A DNA stretch of 63,755 nt, filler included, from Saprolegnia diclina VS20 (GCF_000281045.1; 3 parts of 2 records of this genome joined end to end with filler, not necessarily neighbours in it), one strand, 5' to 3'; shown: positions 12,052 to 25,898, counted from the first letter of the whole stretch. Made by a program: numbers and translations. The notes: generated by a model from the sequence alone, not told the origin.

Positions 12052-15000
12052 TCACGACAGCCACTGGGCAGCGTCCTTGTAGTAGTGAAACGACCGGCGG
12101 GGCCGCTCGCCAAGCGTGCGACTGCGCTTCTTGCGCGCGGCCACGAGACTTCCGCGAAACACCTTTTGGATCATAACGGCGGCCTTGTGCTGCGCAATGT
12201 ACTGCTGCGTCGCCAGCTCGACGACCTTCTCGCCGACCGTGAGGCTCTCGCCAGGTACGTTGCGCTGCGTGAGCACGAGGAGGAGATCGCGGAAGCGAAT
12301 CATATTGTCTTGGTACCTACTCCTTCGTGATGAGAAATTGAGTGATGGATCAGACGGACCGAGGACCACGCGCGAGCTGGCGGCGGTACGTGAGCTCGTC
12401 GAGGCGCGCAACGACCTCCATGTAGGCATCGTGCGTCTCTCGGTCGACGAGGCGGTCGCCGAGGTGCTGCTCGGACGACGCTTGCCAGCGCGTCGGCGAC
12501 TGGAGGCCGAGTGGGCGCCGGAGCAGTTTGAGAAACCGGAGCAGCTTGCGTTTCGAGAGGTATCCGAGCGCTTGGTGGTCGAAGCGGCTCCACGTAAGGC
12601 GGAAGGCTTGGAGGTGGTCCATGTTGAAGCCGATTTTGGTCAGCGACTCGCTCTCCGACACGAGCGCCGCCGTGCTCACGTACGTGTCGAGGACGACGGC
12701 GACGAAAAAGTTTTGCAAAATCAAAAACACGAGCACAAAGAACGAGTAGTAGAAGATCGTCGAGAGCCACTTGGAGCCGCAGTCGGACTGGCCCTGCGCG
12801 TTGCGGTAGACGCAGTGCGGCTTGGTCACGCTGCACGCTCGGTATGCGTCCGACCTAGCCACCTACGTGATGCACAGCTCTATCGAATTCAATTACCAAT
12901 CTTCGCCGGCCGCAAACTTGATAAAGGCTGTGAGGGCGCGCGGAAACGTGGAGAAGTTGAGGTTGGCGTCGAGGCCGTCGCTCCACTTTGTGAGCGAAAA
13001 GAGCTGCATGCCCAGGTTGGCGTAGATGAACATGACGTAGCTACATACTACCGTAAAAACACCGTGCATTCACGAAGACGCACCCGAGGAGCAGCGTGAG
13101 CTTGACCATTGCGCGCGTGCTCTCGAGGAGAGTCTGGAAGAGCGAGCTCAAGCCGCGAAAGTACGGGAAAAGCTCCAGCACGAGCGTGAGGTGGTTAAAG
13201 TCGAACGCGCGCGTCACACCAATGACGAGGACGACGGGTGACGTGCTCGAGACGGGGCCCATGAGCATGCAGATGACGAGGAAGGCGTTGAGCGCCTCCG
13301 AGGACATGCCGCGGGTGAGGAACTCGCGGACGCCGGTCGAGAGGATCGCGAGCGCGGCCTCGGTCCCGTAGAGGCATGTGAAGAAGTAGTGCGCAAACCA
13401 AATGTGCGAGGCGTGCGGCCCGAACGCAGCGAGGACGACGACGTGCGTGAGCACTGCGATGGACGAGAGCACGCGGAAGAGGCGGTGCTTGACGAACGTG
13501 TGGATCACTTGCATCGTGGTCGTCGACGGCTCGGGGAAGCGCGGCTGCAGCGCGAGGATGCGCTTCTTGTTGCGAAGCCAGACGAGCTGCATGTTGCTGA
13601 GAAAGATGGTGCCGTTGTGGCACCGAAAGTTGTTGACAATGATGCCCTACAGACATGTCAGATTCGAGCGTCGTAGCGCACGTACGGCAAACACGCGGAG
13701 GAGGTAGAAGCGGCTAATGAAAACGAACGCGACAAAGAAGAAGGCAAAGTACCCGGACGCGTTCTCGCGCGGCTGGAAGCCTTCGCCGACAATGTCCATG
13801 GCGCGGTACATGACGGCGATCCACGCCTTCTTGGAGACGACCGAGAAGAGGGTGCCGAGGGCGCCGCTGAGATCGTCAAAGTGCATGCCGTTGGGATTGG
13901 CCCACACGCGGGGCTTGAGCAAGTGCGTCGTCGCGTCAACGTAGACGCCGACGCAGTCGGTGGCCGTGAGAATTGCGGTGCTCGTGTCGGAGCAGGCCTT
14001 AAACTTGTTGGCGAAAAGCTGCTGCCCGACGCACGCAAAGACGAGGAAGAGGAAGAACGTAAGCACGATGCCGTAGCACACTTGCAGCAGCGAGGACATG
14101 AGCGCGTTTGTGATGACGCGGAACGCCTCGACGCCGCGGATGACGCGCACAGGGCCGAACGCGCGGCCAAGGTGAAAGTAGTCGCTCAAATCCGAGTGCG
14201 GAATGAGCAGGAGGAGGACGCAGGCCATGAGCACGACGATGTTGAGCTGGTTCCACTTGTCGTTGAGGTACGCGTTGGGCGTGAAGCAGAAGCCGTGCCC
14301 GACGATCTTGATGACAAACTCGAAGAGGAGCACAAACATAAAGACCCACTCGACGAGCGTCGTGAACTGCGTGATCGTGCCGCTGTAGAGCGGGCTCTGC
14401 AGCGTGATCAAGGCGCTCCGAATGACGATGCACACAAAAATGGACGCTTCCGTGCGCGAATTGAGCTCCTTGCATTTGCGCCGCACAGCCGAGTCGGGGC
14501 CAAAGAGGAAGCACGACACGTCGTTGTAGAGCCAGTCGCTCGTCGGCGGCTTGGGCGGCGACCGCTGCGGCACGGCGCTGTACACGACAGACGGACGCAA
14601 CACCAAGCGCTTGGCCTTGGCGACAACGCACGGCACAACTGCGCAGAGCTTGCGCCGAACGAACGAAGTGGACGGTGTCGGCGACTGAGACGGGGTCGAA
14701 CCCATGTACTGCACGTCCGAGGGAAACTCCTTGGCAAACTGCCGCCGAAACGACGCTTCGTCGAGACGCGGGAAGACGGCGAGCGTCCGCGTGAGGCTGT
14801 CGCGGAACTGCTTCCCGAGGCGCGTGCGCTTCTCGTCGTCCGTCAAGGCAAACTTTCGCAGGAGGATCACGATCATAAAGTTGAGCGTGATGTAGACCGA
14901 AAACACCGTGTAGCTCAAAAAGTACCTAGCGCGATGCAATCAAACATTGGGGTCGACAGAAGAACGTACGCCGTCGTGACAGCGTTCGAGGTGGTGTGCA

Positions 15001-17343
15001 GCGCCGCGTAAAAGATGCCCCACGTCCCGTGGCCACTCGAAATCTTGAAGAGCGTAAGCGTTGCGTCGGCAAACGTATCAAACTTGCTGCGGGAACCTAG
15101 GCATCGATGTATCAAATCATCAAGTTGCGGCGACGTACCGTCGGGGAATTTGCCGCCGTAGAGGTTCATGCCGAGGATCGCAAAGACGATGTTGCCGAGG
15201 AGCATGAAGAGCACGAGGTCGAAGAGCGACGGGAGACTCGAGATGATGGCTGTCACGATCTTGAGCAGCGGACTGCTCTGCCGGAGAATGCTCAGCGGCC
15301 GCAGCAGCCGGAAGATCCGGAAGAGGAACGCGACGCGCTCTTGCGCTGGCGCGTAGATCGACGTCGACTTGAAGAGCAAGTTGAGACCCGCGCCGACAAC
15401 GATGGCCCCGTCAAACCGGTTCCACGGGTCTTGGAGGTAGGGCCAGAGCCCGTGCATGGTCAGAATCTACGTCGGTCGTTTGAAAACTTAAAGCCAGAAG
15501 GCGAACGTACGCGGAGAAGGAACTCGCAGAGAAAGATGAGCGTAAACCCGTGGTCGACGATCGAGACGCGCTGGTCGTCGTACCACTTGTCCGGGCTCTT
15601 CTCCATCGCGAGCAGCACCGCGTTCAGCAGAATGAGCACGTTCACAATGTGCTCGAATGGCGCGCTGCGTCCGATCGCGCGGCCAACGCGCACGACGCGG
15701 CCGTCACTTGCAAAGAAGAAGAAGACGCGCACGGGCCGGCGGTGCCGCAGCGCGCGCCGGACCGGCATGGCGTTGGCTTCCAGCCGCACCTCGGGACTCT
15801 CTTCGTCGACGGGCGGCGCGCTGCTGCTGGTCGGACCGTCGACGTCGCTGGCGTCGCTTGTGGACGCTGGTGCGCGGACCTCATCGGCCGCCGCGAGGCT
15901 TCGGACTTCGTAGTTGCGTGCGTCGAGAAACGTCTGGATGAGCTGCACGAGGCGCTTCGTCGCGTACTGCGCGAGGTTGGGCACGACGCTCGTGACGGGC
16001 GGCATTTGCGGTCGGCGCTTGGCCTTGTACGAGACCAAGCGCGTGGACTCAGCCTCGCGGGGCTTCTTGAGGAAACTGTGGCGGACGATCGCAATGAAGA
16101 GAGCGGGGATCATGTACGAGACAAACACGATGAGCACGACAAAGTAAACGACGCTGAAGTAGTACTTGGTCTGGATCGTCGCCTCGAAGGACGAGCCAAA
16201 CCCGGCGCGGGACGAGATCATAAAGACCGTCAGGAACGCCGCTTCGAACGTGTGGAAGCCTGTGTAGCCAGCGTTCGGGCTCTGCATTGGCCGACAGACG
16301 TGGCCGCGAAGACAAGTCGCGACGGCGTCGGCTTCGGGGCGGCAGAACGTTGTGGGCATGACCTCGACGTAGACGCCGTGGTTGCTCAGGACGGCGCAGC
16401 GGTGCGAGAGCGCTTCGTCAAAGAGGTACATGCCGAGGACCGCGAAGAGCACTAAAAAGTACCCGAAACACACGAGCGCGTTCCCGACCATCGGGAGCGT
16501 CTTGAGAAACGCGTCGAAGAATTCCGAGAGCCCTTTGAAGAAGCGCAACGACCGCAGCGCGCGGAAGCTCCGGAACGCACTGAGGTTCCAGGCGCTGTAG
16601 AGCGGTAGACACCCGAGCCAGGACGACGCGATGAGGCAAAAGTCAACAATGTCCCAGTTGTCGTGCAATAACGGCCGGACGCCCTCAAGCGCCACGATCT
16701 TGATGGCCTGCTCGATCGTAAAGACCGCCGCCAGCAGTACGTCCGAGATGGAGAGCGCGAGCAGCAGCGACGTATTCGTCTCCACGGGCGACTCGAGCGC
16801 CAGCGTCGCGATGTTGATGACGATGCACAGCAGAATACCGTGGCCGAACGTCGGGTGCGTGTAGAGCCGTTGGCAAAAGACGACGCGGCCCGTCGGCAGT
16901 GGCACGGTCGTCGGGTCCAGCGTCTCGGAGGGCACCAAGTACTTGGTCATGACGTACGCGAGCATGTCGTCCGCGAGCCGGCTTGTCTTGAACTCGAGGT
17001 CGAAGCTCTCCACCACGTCGTCGGTCGTGTGCAGCACGAGCGAGAGGCAACGCTCGTCGCTTGCGGGCAGCTCGCGCGGCTTGATGTACTTGGAGGTGCG
17101 TAGAAAGTTGGTCGTCTGCCGACCAGGACGCACGCTGCTGATCGAGGCCACGGCGGCTGTCGCCGTCGTCACCTGAAAGTAGGGAAGTATCTCGGTTGTC
17201 GTCCAGACTAGGTCGGTCTCTCGCAGGTGTAGCATGCCCCGCTGCGGCTCGCCATCGGGCGCGTGGTAGGTCACGGCGAGGCCAGCGGCCAGCACGTGCT
17301 CGAAGCAGCGACATGCGTCGAGCGGATGGACCGGCGCTGCCAT
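12052..17343 (-). CDS. Four-domain voltage-gated cation channel alpha-like subunit with N-terminal PH-like domain and C-terminal EF-like and IQ motifs, multi-exon
   Basis: Four 6-TM repeats (WDIVDF, WNRFDG, WNQLNI). S4 segments AFRSFRALRSLRFFK and FRIFRLLRPLSILR. Pore loops after FHTF/FDTF/FDDL/FSTF. C-tail FRLTWSRFD and IQKVFRG. N-terminal ISSVRPGRQTTNFLR...RCLSLVL...FDLEF resembles PLC-type PH domains. Confidence 0.9.
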
Positions 17344-17726
17344 GGCCTTGGTCTTCCTTGGTTTCAACTCAACTGGGACTCACGTCGAAATAGCAGGCCG
17401 TTTCATGCAACCGGATACAGAATTAGGCGTCCGGATACGTCCGACCAGTATATTGCTGAAACCAGCTGAAAGCCGGCAAACAGGACTCGCGCAGTGTTGT
17501 GACGATCAGCCACGAATCCGCCGGTTCGCGAGCCGCTTTTCCGGCAATAAAAAGACCTTCTCGCGTGCTGCTGCAGTTGTCCAGTTCCTCAGTTGTACTG
17601 CTACGGCGACCTCGCAGAGTGATTCCTACTTGTGTTTGACTCTGTGAGGTTTGCAGAAAGTCGAAACCCGGCAACGAACCGATCGCAACCATCCCGCCGT
17701 TTCCTTGTCGTTTTCTGCCTGTCGAC

Positions 17727-20700
17727 ATGGCAGCGAAGGCGCGGAGCTGGGACTGGGCGGCGCAGCGTCTCTGGTCGGAGGACGCCAAGTGCAACGTGCG
17801 GCTTCCCGACACGGTGCTAATGGACGCGGAGGGCCGGCCGCAGCGGTGGCTCTTCGCCTCCAAGCACGGCCACGTCGCCAAAAAGAAGGACGACCACGTG
17901 AGCCCGAGCAGCATTCGCGACCGGTTCACTCGCGTCGCTGCGCATCCCAAGAACGCGCTGCGCCACACAGCGCACGCTTTCTACCGCAGCGGAAAGCGAG
18001 AGCTGCTGGACGCAACCCAGTTCAGCAACCTCCTCGACGCCCTGCATGGCGTGCCCAAGCACCGACCGAGCCTCGCTGGCCTCGTCGCCTACGTTCACAG
18101 CAGCACCGAGAACGTGCTGGTCGAGTTCCGAGCCAATCACGGCGTCTCAATATCGAGCCATGACGTGGCAGGGCGCGCGAGGAAGGAGATCGAGCGCGCG
18201 ACGCTGGACGTCGTGAGCTTTCTCCAGACAACGGCCCAGGTACTTATCGTTTGGCGAATATTATCCGACTGCGAATCGTAGGTGTCGATTACGAAGCTCG
18301 TTGCCGAGTTTGTAGTCGACGACGACAACGTCGTGTGGCTGTCGCACGTGCCGCAGACGCTCGTGGAAGCGGCGCCCGGAACGCAGTCGCTGCCGAGCTT
18401 GGCCAAGACAGACGCCCCGTCGAGCGCCAAGTGTGCAGGAGAGTTTTGCCGATACACAGACGCCGACCTTCCTGGGTACGTGCGAGTATGCATCCTCAAG
18501 TGCTAAGGAGCCACCAAGGCTGTATACGGCACCGCCATTGACGCCGCTGCCGCTGGCCGACACGGGCCAGCGCACCAAGATTGGCTACAACAACATCTTG
18601 CTCGCGCGCGCTGCTATGGGGTATCTGCTCTCGCGCTCGGACGACGCCGCGGGGTGGGATGCTCTCGACGCTGCTCAGCGCGCAGAACTCGGGCAGTCGA
18701 ACCCGTCGCACTTTTACAAGCAAGTCGGCGTCTGTCCCAACTGCCACTCGATATATGCCCAGCTGCAGACTCTGCGCCACAACCGCTTTTGCCACGAGAG
18801 CGACCGCCCAACGTCGTCGATCAAGAAGAAGAAGAAGGCGGCGATAAAAGCCAAAGCGACAACCAGCAGCAACCTGAGCAACAACCAGCAGCCATCGGGT
18901 ACGATTCGGTCGCTGATAGCCATACATAAGTGCTGTAGAGTCGCTCTTGAAGTTCATGGGCGTGGCAAAGCCTGACGCAGATGCGCACGAAACCGCGTTC
19001 CTTGCAGAGCTCCATCGACAGTCGCAACTCCTCGAACCGCTCTCGGTGTCGGCTGCATCGTCAGCACGGCTACCCGAAGACGACGCAGCGAGCACGACCG
19101 AAGCCCCTTCCATGGTCAAGCGAAAATGCAAGAAGGGTCCACCGCGTCCCAAGGACAACCAAGTGCTGGCGCAGTTTGAGGCCGAGTGGACCGCAGTCGA
19201 GTCCGCCAACAAGTCTCTCGTGGCCGAGAACGCCCGACTCGCGGCGCGTCTTGCCGATGTGGAAGCTGCGTGCGTTTTTCCTTTTCTACAATCAAGGTAT
19301 CAACCGGTACTTGAAATAGGCGGCAGCAAGAGCAGGCGCAATGGACGACCGATCGTGCACAGCTGCTCGAGTCCAACGGAGTGCTTGAGAAGCAGTCCAA
19401 AGCGCTCGGGAAGCGGCTCAGCACCCTCCAAAAAGAGTTTTCAGATGCCATGGCGGCCAAGGACAACGAGTGGACACAACGACTCTTGGAGACTGAGCAA
19501 CTCTACTCTGCCCGAACAACGCCGCCACCAAGCCGGTCCGTCCATCGCGAAATAGACCGATTTACGATTCGCATTGGTAGGGAGGTGGCCAGTGGCAACC
19601 AACTGAGCCTCATTGAGACCATTGAGCAGCTCTCGGCGCAGCTCGAGGTGGAGCAGCGCGAGCGAGAGACGGACCGACAACGGCTCGCTGCAACGCACCA
19701 AGCTGACGTCCAGCGGGTGCACGACCGCCTCCAACTCGAGACCGAGGCGCTGCGGATTGGCCACCGCCAGCGTACGCCAACCACGGCTCATCATCTAACT
19801 GAGACGGAAATCTTAGAGCTGGATACGATCGAAGAGCTCAAGACACAGCTGCTAACGACGTCGCATCAGCTGCAAGTCGCTCAGGCGCAAACCAAACAGG
19901 CGAAAGCAGCGGCTCTCGACGCCCAAGTGGCCGTGTCGACCCTCGAAGACAAGATTGTGGCCTTGGAAGCGAAGAGCCCCGCTCTGCTTCCGACGACTGC
20001 TGCTGTCGACAGTGCTGCGACCGAGAAGCTCCAGCACAAGATCGAGTACCTGAAAGCGCAGCTGGCGTCCGAAACGCGTTGTAAGGAGGAGCTTGGTGCA
20101 ACTGTCGCAACGCTGACGGCCAACCTTGACAGCCTCAAGCGCGACCGCAAAAAGCTTTCTTCGGACCTCGACGAAGCGTAAGCAGGGCGCTATCAAATGA
20201 TATCTCAGAGAGCTCTGTAGGCACCGCAAGCAACTCGAGAAGGCCGACGCACGCTACCGCGCAGAAGTTGAGACCGTCCAAGCGGCCAATGCGGCGCTGC
20301 AGTCCAAGCTGGCGACGCTCCAGGCCAACGTCGCTGACCTCGTCGCCGACCTTGCAGCGTCGCGCAACAGAGAGGAAAGCGCCAAGCTCTCGATGGAGAA
20401 GCTCGCAAGCGAATCAGTGCGCCTGCACGCGCGCATCGCCGAGCTCGAAGCCACGAACGAGGAGCTCCAAGAGGCGACAAACGGCACCAAATCGTCGCTT
20501 GAAGACGCAACGCGAGCTACGATGGAAGCGACGCTTCGCCGTCTAACGCACGAGCGGCAGTACTTGAAGAGCCAGGTACTCGCGCGTCTTGTGCGAATCA
20601 CCATAACTTTACCTCTAGATGGACGGCGAAATACGGCGCAAGGACGACGCAGAGGCCAAGGTGCGCGAACTTCAGGCGCAGTTGGCCGACGCTACGACGT

Positions 20701-23700
20701 CAACGAAAGCAGAGGTGATCGCAGCCAAGCAAGCGGCTAAAGAAAAAGAGGCAGCACTAGCAACGGCACTGGCCAAGCTTGAGGAGACGCAGTTGCTTAC
20801 GCAGGGCGAGCTCTCGAGCACAAAGCACCAGCTCCACGACGCCAAAATCGCCCTCATTGGCGCGCGCGATGAAAGCCAGCGTGCACGTGCCGAGCTTGAG
20901 ACGCAGCGCGCTGACCTCGCGCACCTGAAATCGAGCCTCCTGTCGACGCGCGAGGAGCTTTTGAAGGAGCGAGACCGCAGCAAACTCAACGCAGAGCGCC
21001 AGACGACGTCGCTTCAGGCCATCAAGGCGTCACTCGTCGAGACAGAAGCGTCCAAAGCTGCCGAGATTGTGGCGCTGCACAACGAGCGCACGCAGCTGCG
21101 CTCGACCCTCGCGGAGGTTTGCATCTCTTCATTTTGCCGAAACTCACGCAAGTGGGTAGGCGCACAGCACGCAGCTCGCGCTCGCTGCCTCGCTGCAAGC
21201 CCAAAGCGTGCAGCAAAAACAGCAAGTCGCACTCTTGCGCGTAGCGCTATCAACAGCGCACCGCGAGGCGACGCGGGTGTTGCGACGTTGGGACGCCTGG
21301 ACACGCCTCGTAGCCTGTCACCGCGTCCAAGCGTCTGGAGCGCAGACACTCAAGGACGCGCTGCAGGCTCGAGAACTCGTGTGGCACGACCGCCTGTCCG
21401 TCGCCTGCGCTGACGTCCACGAAAAGTGCACACTGGAAAGAGACTTGGCGCTGGCGGCCGTGTCCGAGCGGCTTCTCACGGACGCTGCCGAAGCCGCCCA
21501 AGTAGCAGCGCATGCCCACGCGCAAGCTCTTACGTACGTGCACTCTACTGTCCAGTGCTGGATGTTGACGAGGGCACAGGGATTGCGAGGTTGCGTCGGC
21601 GGCCAAATTGGAGCTGATCAAAAACGAACTCACAAGACTGCACGACGCCGAGGTGGAGGCACTGGAAGCCAGTCACGTGCAGGCCATTGAGGCTCTCCAG
21701 GAAGCCGCTCGCCAGAGCCAAGACGAGGCGGACGCAGCCATCGCGCAGCTCGAGGCCGAACGTCGGGTGCGGGAGTCGGAATTACAGAACGCTGCGAGCG
21801 CGCGTTTGACGCAAGCGCTGAGAGAGATGGAGTTAGCCCACAGCAACGATCTCCGAGAGGTCCAAGCTGCGGCAGCGACACATCATGAGATGATAGAAAC
21901 GATGCACGCCGCAGCCTTGAGCGAGGCAAGAACCGCGGCAGAGGCTCTCTTCGACACCGAGCAAGCTCGATGGGAGGCTATAGCTTCCATGACTGGCGCT
22001 GACATCGAAGCGCGTTGGGTCGCAAAAGCCCAGAGAGCGCTGGCGTTGACCCAAGACTCACTCTTGCACGACCAAGCCACAGCCACGCAAGCGCTCATCT
22101 CGCAACACAACGCAGCAGCCGCCGATACGGTCGCCCACTGGACGCACCTGTTGGAAACTGCGCGGACGGAGCACGCGACGGCCACTGCAGAACTACGCGC
22201 CAATGCCGACGCCAAGGTGAGCAGCGCCCAGTCCGTTGAAAAGTCTTCACCTTTCCCAGCTCGCGGCCGAGCTCGAGGCTTGTCGGCGCGAGATGGCCGA
22301 GCAGAAAGGCAACGCTGTTTTGACGACAACTGCCAAGTGGCAGCGCGCCCTTGCAGGTACTCTGTCGTGCACTTCAGAACCAAGTCATTCCAATCCCTTA
22401 TAGACACCACCGCCCGGATCGAAACCGAAAGAAAGGTGGCCTATGACAAGGGCGTGTCGGACCGCGAGGCCGAATGGCAGCGGGCTGCTGCTCTCATCAA
22501 GCAAGCCCAAAAGGACGAGGTTGCTCACGAAGAGCTGAGTGTGAGTTTACTACTATCTATGACTAGGTTGGCGCACTGGAGCGTGACTCCAAACAGGCAC
22601 TTGCCGCGTGCGAGGAGCGGTTCGGCTTGCTATTGGCTGCCAAGACGCAGGAGCTACAGGCGGCGTGCGCTGCCACCCTGAACGCAGCAGCTGCGACCGC
22701 CAAAATGGAGCAAGAACATGCGATCGCTGCAACACGCGACGCAGTCGCAGAGACAACCGAAGCCCGCGTCGTCGCTGAATGGTCCAATCGCATGAGTGCG
22801 GCCGCTGCCGCGAGCGACCAGCAGCTGCGCGACGCCTGTGCCGAGGTACAAGCACTCTGTTCAAATGAGGCGTGACGTGGTGGTGTAGCTCCAAACGACC
22901 ATGCAAAACGAAGCCGAAGAGCAGCTTACAGCTGCCAAGACGCGGTGGAGCCAACTGAAAGCTGATGAAATCGCTACGCTACGGGCCGCGTTACGCAGCG
23001 ACCACTACCAACAGCTCCAAGATGAGCTAGGAAAGGTCCGGCGTGCGCATGAAGCGCAGTTGGCACAATTGCAGGCAGACCACAGTGCAGCCTTGGCCTC
23101 CGTAGGATACACAAGTGCAAGTTGAGGGGTTCATGGTCGGGATAGGCTACCGCGCAGCTGCGAGCTGACGCAGACACGGAGCTCCAGACGCGGCTGCTAG
23201 CCTGTCAAGAGACCGCCAACCAGCAACACGAAGCAGAGATGGCGCTCGTCCAAGAAGAGAGCGAGAAGCTCATCGACAAGGTCGAGATCGCCATGCAAGC
23301 ACTCAAAAAGCAAAAAGAGGTACCACCGCCTCCTTCTGCGCTCGTTTCACGTTCTGCAGGCAACGGAGACGGAGCTACAGCGAGTGACGCACGCCCTTGA
23401 GGAAGCGGAAGACGCGGCGTTCGATCTGCAAGAAGAGATGAGCTCGCTCAAGAAGAAATACGTCATGCGGCACCTTCTCATGTTACATTCCGGGCTGCAA
23501 AAGATGCAAATCATGGAAGATGAGCTCGACACGGTATCTGTCGTGTTTTGCATGCCAATTGGCCATCTGGGCCATGTAGAAAGAAATGGAGAAGGCGGCC
23601 GCCGATCGGTTGTGGCAAGCCAAGCTGGACACCACGACCAACGACTTGTCGCGCCAGCTCACACAGTCCACGACCACGATCGACAAGCTTCACGAGGCAA

Positions 23701-24258
23701 GTACCCACAGCCGCTATGATGACTCACAGGCGCGCATCAGGTCTACGCCACAGTGTACGAGACCTTGGTCAACTACCGTCGCGACGAGCTTGTCCAACAC
23801 CGAAGCGCCAGCAATGTCGTCACAAGTGAACTGGACGTTTTGCACGCCCAGATCGATCAAGTGCTTCACAGCAAATCTGAGAGCGATCGCGAGATCGAGA
23901 AGGCCCAAGCAGACCTCGGCGCCCTCGAGGACGAGCTCAGTGGCATCCAACTTATGAAGGACGGCCACGTCAACCAAGCCCAAGTCGCCAGAAAGCGCCG
24001 GCTGCATCAAGAGACGGAAGCGCTTTTGGAAGCCATCGACTCGAAGAAAGCCAAGGTGAACAATCATATGTCTCTCAAATGCTCGACGGGATCTAGGCGC
24101 GTGGCGTCGAAGTCCAGCTTAACGAGCTCTATGGGCTCCAGCGCGCCAAGGAAGATGAAATGAAGGGCCTCGAGCGCCATCTCGTCACGATCCTCGTCGA
24201 GCAGCAGAAACAGCTTCTCACTCTCGTCTCGTCCGTCAAGAGCATTTCCGCCGTATAG
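17727..24258 (+). CDS. Large multi-exon coiled-coil protein of unknown function
   Basis: Chain of same-strand exons rich in E/Q/A/L heptads separated by short GT-AG introns; stop TAG at 24256-24258. Confidence 0.75.
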
Positions 24259-24600
24259 TTTAGTGTCATATCCAAAATAGAAGATAGATTGTGTCGACTC
24301 TGTTGGAAATTCCGGATTTTCCCGCCATAAATGAGCCAATCACATTCAACCGTGCCTGCGCTGCCTTTTGTGCTAAACGAGAAACGCTGCAACTATTTCA
24401 AGTACCGACCGGGAGTCCAACGTTGTATGGCTCACAATCGCGCCAAGGTACTGCGAAGACTCCGAACAACAAGCTGCGGCAATAAGAAACTGAGGTCTCT
24501 GTTCCACCTGTCGACTCGGAGCGCTTCTGTCGAAGGTTTGCGCCGCCGCCTTTTTCTGGGAAACGGTCGAAAAGGCCCCGAGTCGTTCATTTGCAAATAA

Positions 24601-24837
24601 ATGGCAGACGAGACGGCGCTAACGCTGCTCCTTGTCTTGAGCATCCTCGGCGGTCTCACGCTGCTCGTGTCCTGCTACGTACGCTGGATTCTCATCGCCA
24701 CAAGCAAGCGCGTCGACGTTGTTCATAGCAAAGGGTACTTGAACCTTCCAACGGCCAACCACCCGACCATTTACGACCACATCTCGACGCTCGAGCTCCG
24801 GCGTCCGGACGACTACTGCATCACGGTTGCGGCCTAA
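24601..24837 (+). CDS. Small (78 aa) single-pass membrane protein
   Basis: ATG-initiated ORF with coding-like GC3 and an N-terminal hydrophobic helix LTLLLVLSILGGLTLLVSCYVRWILI. Confidence 0.6.
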   Translation: MADETALTLLLVLSILGGLTLLVSCYVRWILIATSKRVDVVHSKGYLNLPTANHPTIYDHISTLELRRPDDYCITVAA

Positions 24838-25059
24838 GGCATCTAGAGACTAACTGCACATCAATTATTTAGAGTATCGATTTGTGCCTCATCTTGCTTT
24901 GCTCCCAGACAATCGAGATCCTGTCCACTCGCTCGCTCGGTTCAACACGACGTAATTCCTAGGATTTAGCTCTGTGGCTGGTCAAGTTGTGTTGAACAGG
25001 ATTAAGAATAATGAAGTGGACACTGCGAGCATCGTATGCAAAGCCGAAGCGCCGGTCCG

Positions 25060-25898
25060 TTATTGGCGCAGTGACGCGACGAAGTCGTTGGAGAGCTTGA
25101 AGTAGTCGTCGCCGGCGGCCTCAGGCGAAATGGGGAGACGCTGAGGGCTCTTTTGCCCGCTGCTCTGGCTCTCGCGCTTGCTTGCACGCGGTGACTTGGC
25201 TTGGATGTCAAGCGTGTTGAGCTCTAACTGCCGCATGGTTGAGAGCTGGATCTGCTTCTTCTTTTGGTCGTCCGAGAACATGTCCGAGTTTACGATACGC
25301 TCAAAAAGACTGCCCTTGCACGTCGTCGCGACGTCGTAGAGCTCCTTGAATTCGGGGTGGACCTTTACCAGTTCCTGCGCCGCGGGAGTCGAGAGCTTGC
25401 GAAAGATGTCGGGCGTCATTGGTAGCGACAGCTGTCCCGGAGCTTTGGTTTGCTTCGACGGCGAGCTCAGGCTCGCATTGCGCGCAGGGCCTTTGGGCTT
25501 GAGGACGGTTTCGAACCGAAGGCGCTGAAAGTCGCTTTGCTTCTCGAATGCGTTGATGATCTGCTGCGCGTCTGTGGACGTGCGCAGTAGGAGCTCCCTT
25601 AGCAGCTACACATACAAATTTTGAGTTTAGGTTGCCAGTCGAATGAAGTTGTATACTTGGTTTTCGGTCAGCAGCGCTTGACACCCTTTACAACTCGGGT
25701 GGTCGCAGTCGTCCTCTTCAGCGGCTGCAGCGTCAATGCTCAGGGACTCGCGGGGCGAGTGCAAGAAGGCTTCGACGTCCACGCCTGGGATCTGTTGATT
25801 TCGGGAAATGAGTTTGGGAGAATGATTCTTTCAACTTGTACCTTCTTTGTAATGATGGACGCGCTCTTGGGCGTCGAAGGCTGGGCTCGTGCGAGCAT
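25060..25898 (-). CDS. Hypothetical protein, multi-exon
   Basis: MLARAQPSTPKSASIITKK|intron|IPGVDVEAFLHSP..., with a final exon ...DDYFKLSNDFVASLRQ*. Confidence 0.55.
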
